The notes under the pieces were generated by a model. The model ran no database searches and was not told the origin of the DNA. It was given only the letters and a program-made list of their open reading frames with translations. The translations under genes were made by a program, and so were the position numbers. DNA of 64,000 bases from Bugula neritina. Its lineage: Eukaryota > Animalia > Bryozoa. Below are positions 13,101 through 33,800 of this stretch, in pieces. How positions within the stretch are numbered: the stretch's first letter is position 1; every line of letters begins with the position of its first letter. The stretch lies in assembly GCA_964035545.1 (NCBI GenBank), contig OZ037765.1, positions 2,108,001-2,172,000 on the forward strand. The letters run 5' to 3'.

Positions 13101-14847
13101 ATTTGTAGTAACCGTGTAATTTTGTTTTAAACTTTGATTTTCTACCTTAACTTTTCATGTCACTTTGAATGCATGAAACTTCTATGCATCATTTAAAACC
13201 TAGTTTTAGTGACCATTCTACCAACTCCACGCTTGTATTCTATCATGATAAACAAGCATATAATTATTCATAGTTTATTTCTGGTGTCATACCTCTATTA
13301 AGTCTGCGGACTTTGCTGGTAGAATATTGTGATTGAGTTCTCTTCACTGGCGCCATTTTCCTGGTCTTCTTGTATCGAGTTGGAGTCAGCGATCTAAACA
13401 TACATACATCTCCAATAGGTAATACAATATTATCTATTTATAATTGGTAATACAATATTATGAAAAGGTACTGTACTGTTTAATTTACTACCTTTAAACT
13501 TTTTAATTTGCAAGTAGCTAGTGAAACTAATGCTTTATACTTTTCCTGCAGAGTTTGACCTGTTATTATACACATATGATATTTTATATGCAATCGTGAT
13601 ATAGATGATGTCATTGTTGTGCATAAAAAGTTGATGAATTCACTTCCCTTGCTCGGTGAAAGAAAGGGTTTGAATGAATTGTCTTCCCATTTTCAGGGAA
13701 GTCAATCTGCAGAGATTTTGTTTTCATTTTCGGAGGTTTTAGCTTTGGTTCTGGGATTGCCTGAATCTTTTTTTCAGTTTGAGTTCCAATCGATGCTTGA
13801 ACTTCATCTTCTTGATTTTCCTATATAATTTTATGTGTATATTATAATGCAACAGTCACGTCAATATCCTAATATCCTGTTTTTATTTGATATTACATAT
13901 ATATGAGTGTGTGTATAAGAAAGCCTGTACAATACCTGATTGATAGCAGCTTCAACAGTTTGAAGATCTGTATCAGCTACATGCACCGTTGTTTTCATTA
14001 GGTTTGGTGTTGGATTGGGTGGGTAGGGAGGTGTCCCTACTTCTATAGGGGGTATAGAAACAGGAGAATCTGTAGCCGCGCTTTGACTGAATCTGTCGTC
14101 AAAAGGCTTCCATTGTGAAACTACCTGAACATTTTAATAAGACTTTATTGACGTTTTGAGCAATTAAATTGTGTTGTGATAAATGATATTTATATCATAG
14201 GAAATTATTAAGCCTGTGTTCTAAATGAAATATTCAACTTTGTTAGCTTAGGCTGCTCTATTTATTCTCCAGACACTATTATTAACACAGCCATATATAG
14301 ACTACTCACTTGTGAATTATAGCCTGTAGTACCAGCATTGTTGTTGTGTTGATTCACAGATCCTCCAGTATAATAAAATGTGGACTGGGCAGAGAAAAGA
14401 GAGCTGGTGCTGTTTTCTCTCTCTTTCAGTTTACCTGCAGAATATTTACCTGCGAAAGTATTATTCAAAATATTCACCTGCAGAAATCAATTTTTAATAA
14501 ATGTTACAAATTGGAAGCAATTTTATCTTGTTTAAACATTTGACATCACAAACACAAATATACATCTTACTTCCATAAAATTGTTCAAATTTTCACATCT
14601 TTCTAAATTTAATGTTGTATTTCATGATACACTATCTTGATTAAAATGCACACCTAATGCTGTCAAATTTGTGCACGTTAAATCATATCTTAATATAATG
14701 AACATTCATCACAGTTATTATAGTTGGTATGAAGCATACAGTCAAATAGTACTATTCACCTCTTAGAAAGCTGATGGAGTTTATTGCCCTTGCCAGCATG
14801 AATACTGGAACATTTGAAGCTTCATTCACTTGCTCTTTCTTCTCCAT
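7187..14847 (-). CDS. Transmembrane channel-like protein, TMC1/2/3 subfamily, with long charged N-terminus
   Basis: Large exon 9054-7187 with YSPLFYGYY, YRMPLAY, CWETMIGQE, CWCWDLE, AENLLHLVYNQGMVWMG and CGPFS. Upstream exons 9691-9451 ([26 protein letters not shown]), 10066-9929, 10283-10216, 10773-10600, 11187-11095, 11918-11844, ~13070/13054-12419, 13820-13644, 14124-13936, ~14433-14310, 14847-14760. The 5' exons are less certain. Confidence 0.9.
10421..10556 (+). mobile_element. Degenerate tRNA-derived SINE in a TMC intron
   Basis: tRNA-like head (ggtgtaggggctagg A-box-like, gttgaatt B-box-like) followed by ttggtgatgttatgaagagcatcc..ataattg, shared with the copy at 16751-16913. Confidence 0.6.
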
Positions 14848-15152
14848 TATACACAAATTTGAGTTCTAATCTCCCCTCTACCTCTAGTATAAGTATCACC
14901 ACTTTAACTGTAGTATGGCTATCGTGAGCTCAGCTTGTTCAATGAACGTCTTCAACTCACCTCACTTGAAGCTGCTCATGTATTATTTTGTTACACTTAA
15001 AACAATGTTTGTATTGGTAATTTCCATGGGACTGAAATCTGTTTACTTTTCAAGGATTGCTGCAACATGATGTATGTTTTACTCCCTTTGCTTTGGAACT
15101 CAGCATACATATCTCAATCCTATGTTTCTGGTCTTCCGTGACTGCTATTTGA

Positions 15153-15682
15153 GGACTGATCATTGTTCCGAAGGCCCATTGCTCCGGAGGTTCATTAGTC
15201 CGAAATTATTTGCCTAGTACGCACAAACTGAAACAAGTTGTTATTCAAATTACACCATATATTATTATTTAATAGAAGTAGAATAGCTTTCAAAATCATT
15301 GATACTATTGCACAGCTTTTTTATAATTAGACTCTACTATGCCATATGAATGGAAATTTATAAATAAAGCTTTCTTTGCCATCATAATTGCATGAATATA
15401 TACTGAGCTTAATGCAATTTGGAATTTATGCTGAATATTTAATGCCAAATTATAATTTTTTCTGACCAATAATGCAAAAACTAAAAAGCTCAAAAATAGA
15501 AATAAAGCACTATAGCAAAGAATTGTTCAAGTAAAAACATTTCATTACCTTTTTGACCAATTACAATACAATACATATAGGCCTACAAAACAAAACCAAT
15601 AACAGTTTTATTTTATTAAGCAACTACATTTGGAGCAATGGACCTTCGGACTAATGGGCCTTTGGAATATGGACTAGTCACC
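15153..15682. mobile_element. MITE/foldback element with TIRs made of 16-bp subrepeats
   Basis: Left end cattgttccgaaggcccattgctccggaggttcattagtccgaa (15161-15204) approximately matches the reverse complement of tggagcaatggaccttcggactaatgggcctttggaatatg (~15630-15671); AT-rich non-coding interior. Confidence 0.75.
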
Positions 15683-16750
15683 ACCAATTTAACATGACAG
15701 AGAAAGCAAATAGGGCGGAATTTATATTTTGTCAATTTTGAAGCTGTGACCCACACACATGTGGAATAGTATTATATAATAATATATAATAGAATTGATA
15801 CTGTAATATATATAATACGTGCACAGCTCATGTTTAGATAAAAGTTTTTTTTTACAGTTGAATATAATAAATTTCGAAGATGCCATGAAATGGGATTTAT
15901 ACCACTAATCACCTCATATAAATTTTTTATGTTGGCAAGCTACATGCAATTTTCGGTGTATATTTTTACAAAATCATCAATTACAAATAAAAATAATCTT
16001 ATTAATATATTATCCTATCAATGCTCAGACTTTTATAGCAAATTCAACACATTTCTAATAAATTACCGTTTGAGTTTGAGTGACATTTTAAAAGCATAAC
16101 ACTAAGTAGTTAGCAACATATATTTTATAGGAAGCAACTCCTGAATTAAATTACTTATTGTAAAAATAATGCAATAATTATTCCAAACAATCACAACAAC
16201 CATTGTATTATAAATAGAAATATATACAGCAATAAGTGTAGACGTTAATTGTAATAATGGGACACTAAATTTTCTTATACGGTTGTACATTTTTCCTAAC
16301 AATCAAACTATTGCTGTAATTAATAGATTATTAAGTTAAACAAAATGGAGGTACTAAATGATATTTATTATTTCAGTATCCCTTTACTGCAAACTATATG
16401 CGTATTTTTATTGCCTTTTTTCATCTTCTGGTTGATTGGGAAAATTGGCGCTGCAGATAGCTTTTTAGGCTTGTAAGTTGGTTTGAATATATACAATCAA
16501 ATAGTTGAATTCAAGAGGTTTTATAGTTTCAGTTGATAGATGCTGCATTGGGTTGGAATATTGCAATAGTTGTTAGTGACACTGGAAAGGGCAACAGTAA
16601 AGAAATTGTTTTTCCTAATTTTTTGAAGCTCCTAAGCCATGCACTTTTAGTACGTCACAGTTCATTTAGCATATCTTTCAATTAAACTCACCTTTAGGTT
16701 TAAAAGTCTCCATTATTGTAAGAAGCCTTCATAATTGGAAGAATTTTTAA

Positions 16751-16913
16751 GCAGGCTGAGCCTCTGACCATGCTGGCAGCATGTACTGAGGGCTTTTACT
16801 GTAACTCAGGAATAATTGTAACCATATGCTCTTCCTGAAATCACCAGTGATTAGGGCATGAACCCCACGATGTGCGTCAACATAGACCTTATCTACTAGG
16901 CTACAGCTGCTTC
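16751..16913 (-). mobile_element. Degenerate tRNA-derived SINE (second, diverged copy)
   Basis: Minus strand reads gaagcagctgTAGCCTAGTAGataagg...GGTTCATGCCC...actggtgatttcaggaagagcatatggttacaatt: Pol III A/B boxes plus the body motif shared with 10421-10556. Confidence 0.65.
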
Positions 16914-17074
16914 TTTCATCTATTAATATAATATTTTAGATTGTTTTGAAACTTGTATAGTCTTTCAATTATCTGTTGCTGTATGTTTACCTGTAAAAAT
17001 ATACTAAGCCAACATGTAACTTTGCAACTTGAAGTAAGCAGATATAAGCCAAGTCTAAATTTAATACACTTTTA

Positions 17075-18022
17075 GATGAGCAAGTTCTGGATAGACAGAG
17101 GTCGATAGTGATGAGGTGGAGCAAGAAGGAGCGAAATGGGGCAGAAGATCTGGCTGTTACGAAAGAAAAGCCCAAGCATGGAAAAGACGAGATGGCAGGA
17201 GATGCGGTGGTGAAGGAAAATCATAAGTTTGAGGAAAGAGAAGAGAATTTGACAGAGAAATTTTGCCCATCGAATAAGTGAGAATTGATTGAGAAGAAAC
17301 CAAGAGAGGGGGGAGGGTGATGAAATTGCAACTGAGATGAAAATTTTTGAGAATGACAATAAAGCTAAGCTAGAAGATGTGCCTGATGAGAATGGAGAGA
17401 GTCACAAGATCTCAATGAAAGGGGAAGTTGATGAAATTGAAGAAGTCAAGGATATAAATGAAGTTTCAAACATGGAGAAAAGTGGACCGATGACAGAAGG
17501 ATCAGATGAGGAAAATGGCAGAAGAATGGTAGTAAAGGTAAAAATTGCTCATGAGATTGTGGAGAAAGAACAAAACAACGGAGTAACTGTGATGTCATAA
17601 TAATATCTTAATGAATATAAGAAAGAAGTTCCTGTTGAGAAGGCAATAACTGAAGAAGGTGATAGCAAGGATTTGGAAAAAAATATTAAAAGTGAGAAAG
17701 GCAAGAAAAGTGATGAAAAGACAATGATAGCCAATGAAAATGGATTGGTAAAAGCTGGAGAGGAAATTTATACTAATGGATATAATAATGGGGAGTTAGT
17801 GTTGACAATACATCTATAAACTTATATCTCCTTTACGTAGCATCTCAAGATTAAATAGCATCTTGTTGTATTATGCTTGACCTGTGCTGTCTGAAGTATG
17901 ACGTACTATAAGCAGTCCTCTCTCTTGTAGAAGAAAGAGTGGCAAGAGAAGACAACTCTAGAAGCAGCAGGCTGAGGAAGTTTTTGCAAAGGACGTGCTG
18001 CTGTGCACCAGAGAGTGACTAA
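17075..18022 (+). pseudogene. Disrupted Glu/Lys-rich orphan gene (or assembly-damaged gene)
   Basis: Purine-rich coding-like segment 17075-17794 between tttag and gttagt, with frame switches and in-frame TAATAA at 17598-17603 after which the frame stays open for ~60 codons; terminal exon 17931-18022 encodes ..RLRKFLQRTCCCAPESD*. Confidence 0.5.
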
Positions 18023-18411
18023 TTAAATTTTTCTGTGTATCAATATATATGTGTGGGTTTGTGTTAGTATATAATTTGATGATCCTATAATATGTAGTGT
18101 TATACATTCATTATGATGTTAATAAATGTTTAAATTGGCGATAACACTATTTTTACTTGAAAAGAAAATCATTTCCTTTATCAGAAATGAGTGATATATG
18201 ATAGGAAAGCTTAATTTTCCATGTCTCTACTTATGCTGTGATACGGTGAATAAGATCATATTCTAAACCTTCTTAACAAATTAGTACATAGCATACATGT
18301 ATAAACATACAAATTGAATAAAAAAGCTTAAGTATTTAGCATGAAATAAAGAAACAATTGCATGTAAGATACTATAAAGCATTATGAGTTACCAGTAGCT
18401 ACAATAAAAAC

Positions 18412-18497
18412 AAGCAAAAAATTTGCAGACATCTCATTTGGAAAAACAACATCTATATGTTGTTTTTCCAAATAAGATTTCTACAAATGTTTTGCTT
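18412..18497. repeat. Long imperfect palindrome upstream of AFG3L2
   Basis: aagcaaaaaatttgcagacatctcatttggaaaaacaacat ... atgttgtttttccaaataagatttctacaaatgttttgctt: ~41-bp arms with about 4 mismatches. Confidence 0.85.
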
Positions 18498-18832
18498 TTT
18501 CTATTTTAATAGTCACATGGGTGCCTAAATGATATCATTGTAGGCTACATCTTTCATGACTTAGCTTATTTGGAGTCTCATTAGGATAACTACCAAAAGT
18601 TCATAAAGTTTAATCCGGGAGTTGTCATTTCTTGTCACGTTGCATAACACTTTTTTGCGAGAAGACAACCAACATAAACTTTGCTTAAAGACTCACCCGG
18701 GAGGATATTTGGCTAGCTGACAGTCCAGGTAGCGTCACATACATAAGCAACGCCTAACGTTTCAACGACCTGGTGCTAGTCAAGCTGCTTACTACGTGTA
18801 GCGAGCCCGTTTACAGCATTTGTTGCATCACC

Positions 18833-29946
<11,114 letters not shown>

Positions 29947-30814
29947 TTGCAGAGATCAATTCTTGTTGAGACTTGCAAATTTATTGAGCACACAACTCCT
30001 TAATTGTGCTGAACTATCTAGACCTGTTGCGGATAGACTTGTTCAAGAATTTCTATTTATGAAACCATGATGACTGGTTCAATCTTAGGCATGAATACCA
30101 TACATGTAATATAATGTCGTGCCAGTTTATACTGAATTTATGTATTATTTATAAAAAATCTAAAAATTTGAATTTGGTCAGTTCCATCATTATGGCTAGG
30201 TTGTGTTCTCGTTGTTGACTATTGTGTGTACAAGACTGTACAAGTGTAAATAGCAACTTTTGAAGCATGATTTCTCTTGTCTTTACACAACCTTCCATCA
30301 GGTGCATGTAAAACAGAAATGAGGATTTTTTAATCGAAAATCCAAACTCGGGTCTCAAGTTGTTCAACAATATGAAACTGTAGTCTGGTTGAACCATGGA
30401 CACATTGTATCATATTACCTCAGTTTTAAAGACTCGGTCTATCAGAATAGAGAGCACACTCTACTCTGTGATAAGCAGTCCCATTCATGATGTTTGGTAA
30501 CTGGCGATTTATCTAAGTCAGATTTTGCAAACATCCAACAAGCCTTTGCACCAGATACTATTGTAAAGGGTGCTGTTTCCCGCCATCTTCTACTTTTTCT
30601 ACCGAATGAAACTAATGCACTTGTAGTTGGCATTTATATGCAAGTGGCCATAATCAACTGTCATGTATACCCAGTGAAGGCACACAAAGAAAATATAAAA
30701 TGAGAGTTCCATAAATTCCATTACCTTCATTTATTAATATGAAAATAGTTTTATCATTCTGGCTAACATTGAATGAGTATAAAAATAATAGCCTAGCATA
30801 TGAATCTGAGGCTA

Positions 30815-33800
30815 TCAGTCCCACTCATCATGGGGAGGCAACTGAGCGTCCTCGTCATCTCTCTCTGGTCCCACCAGTTCTATGTTATTCAGAAGTTCTC
30901 TGACAGCGTTTATGAGTCCAGCACCCGCCCTTCTCAGGTTGCCGGCACCGCCAACAGCACCATCTAATTCCACCTCTTCATCTTCAGCCATCAGTGCCTG
31001 GAACATCACAGCAACTGAATGTACAGTGTACAATACCATGTGGTCTTCCAGTTCAACTGAAACTTGTGACTGTACTTTGTGCAATGATTCGATACATATG
31101 AAAACCGTGAAATAGACTAATGTGAATTCAACCAAAACTTGTGGCACAAAACATACACGATGTGAACTCCTTATATCAAATAAATTTACCAAACAGTGAC
31201 AGTGTAAATAGATATAAAGTTGAAAGATAAGAATGTAGACCCAGAGGTGATAACTCACATTAACGTCAAAGTTGGGGCGGAGGGAGTTGATAAATGCACT
31301 GAGGAATCCCTGGTTGCTAACTGCTCTGACTCTATTGGACTGTCTGTCATATGACCTGACAGTATCAGCGGGCGGTAGCGGGTCGTAACTCAATATAGAC
31401 GATGATGTCACTTCCTGTAAACATATCGCTGCAATCAGTATCTAGTAGAGTAGAGCGAGAATAAAAATGTATATCAAAGTAAAACAAGTATTCTAGAGGA
31501 ATAATTCTATAAGCAGCGCCGAGTTGGAGGTGACTGAGTGCAGTAGTTAGGGGTCCTCGAGTTTCAAGTTCATTGAAACTCGAAACTCCAGAGCCCGACA
31601 AATTATTGCACTCAGTCACCTCCAACTTGAAGCTGCTTATAGAACGATTCATTTTAGAGAGCCAGAAACTTGCACAAAGGTCAATAGCTGTGATATAAGT
31701 TAAAGTTTCTGTGTCTTACAATGTTCCTTTTTGTGGACAATACTTTCAGCTGATAAACTGGCGCTTTATTCATGCTGAGAGATATACACAGGGCATATGC
31801 ACTAGGAAGATACACTAGGGCTATAAATGTACTTGGGTGTGCACACAATAGATTAGCACAGTATACAGAAATACGGTGTGTGATACAGGAGAGAAAAGTT
31901 ACCTGCGGCAGGTCGGCTATTGCTTTCTTATTATCTGACATGAGAAGATGTCGACAGACATTAGGAGGGGCAACTCCTCTGTATATGGAGTAACCTCTAC
32001 TTGTTAGCTGATTAAACCTTCAAATATATTATATTATATTATATTACTTACAAATACAGCAGCTGTAAATAAATGATGTATGGGATATGTGGGCAATATA
32101 CAATATACAGAGGTGGTTTTCAGCTTTAACACTTATTACCAATATATATGTGCAGTTTTTCATCATTGTAATGCTGTAAAGCTAAAGGGCTCTAACATAT
32201 ATTAATAAAACCGGCCAATAGCTAAATGTGTCGCAAGAGAAATATATGCAAGTTACAGTGGAAAGGCAAGATCTTACCTTTCAGGGTTGGACTCGCCAAT
32301 CTCACAGCATTTCTTTACATTCGCTTCAAGCCACTCGATACATTCTGGAGCTTTCCAGCAGGATCCTGTGCGGCCAACATACAGGTGTACGAGTTGGCGA
32401 AGAGAAGCCGGCTGCCTGTAAAGTAAAACTTTTTAATATACTTGTGTGATAATGAGAATACTGCTAACGTAGATATCAAGTATAGTGAGTTTCTCCTTCA
32501 CTTTTGTCTGTATTTTAAAGGTATAAAAACGTTCAAAGGTTGAGAAATTTCTTTTAGTAGAAAAAATGAAATTTACTGAAAGCATAAAGAAATGTGTATT
32601 AGAAAATATAATCCATGCAATAGAAAACAAAAGACGTACACACCCTAGCTCATTGCTATATGACAGAGAGGTTAGCAGACGTACACACCCTAGCTCACTG
32701 CTATATAATAGAGAAGTTAGCAGACGTACACACCCTAGCTCATTGCTATGTGATAGAGAGGTTAGCAGACGTACACCAACACTCACCGCTGCTGCTTGTG
32801 TTCACCGAAATGTTTATTGATGGATTTATCCGCCTCCGTGTTTACTCCGCACTCTTCTAGTAGAGGCTGTAGCAGCCCCGGGAACATCATCAGTGACTCT
32901 TGCAACTAAAAGGTACAAATATGAGAATAAAATAACAGCTTAAAAAGTTATCAAATGCTTTGCTAGTACCATTTAAAGCCAATTGAATTCTTATAGCAGT
33001 ATATTATCAGTATTATAGCAAGTTGGTAGCAGCATCATAGTGATATAATATAGCAGTCAAAGCATCCACACTTAGCATAGCAGAAGAAGCTAAAGTAGCA
33101 GGTAATATTCAGACTACCATTTCATCAGCACCAGTTCTCTGAGGAGTGTCGGGTTGACTGGTGTGAAACATTGCCAGGGGAACAGAAAAGGCAAAGTTGG
33201 GAAGAATACGAAGATTTCGCGAGTCTTTCCAAAGCGTATAAAGCTGTATGAGATATGTGTACTCGTCACTTCTCAGGGAGTAGAAATCTATAAACAAGAG
33301 AGCGCAGAGTGGGTCGGTCTCGGGGTCCAGCCTACAACAGCAATAAACCTAAGGCTATATTTTCACTCTAACTAACGTCATCATAACAAACTAAGTAACA
33401 GTAACAAAATAGCTTTGAGTGTGAGAACATTTCGACCGTATTTATCATTTATTTAAGTAGAAAAATTTTTGCAATACCCACACAGTAACAAACTGATAAA
33501 GTAGCGATGAGATATTACATCCACTTTAACTAAAGCAAACTTGAGATGCTGTGTTTGACCAGTAAACATATTTATTGACGGGGAGTTACCATGGAAATAT
33601 GACGTACAAATCACACTACATAAATAGCCTGCTTACCCTAGTAGAAGTTTGCAGTACTCCAGTGACGTCCTGTAACAACCCCTATTTCCAACATTTATCA
33701 GATGTCTGAACAGAGCTAAGAAAAATCCTCTAAAATAACGAAGACGGTGAAAATTATTGTCAAAAGAAAAGACAATTTGGATTATTTCTAAGAAATTTAT

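Noticed and set aside
17598-17603. Stop-codon reassignment or readthrough
   Set aside because: All conserved genes use the standard code, and the same segment also has frameshifts.
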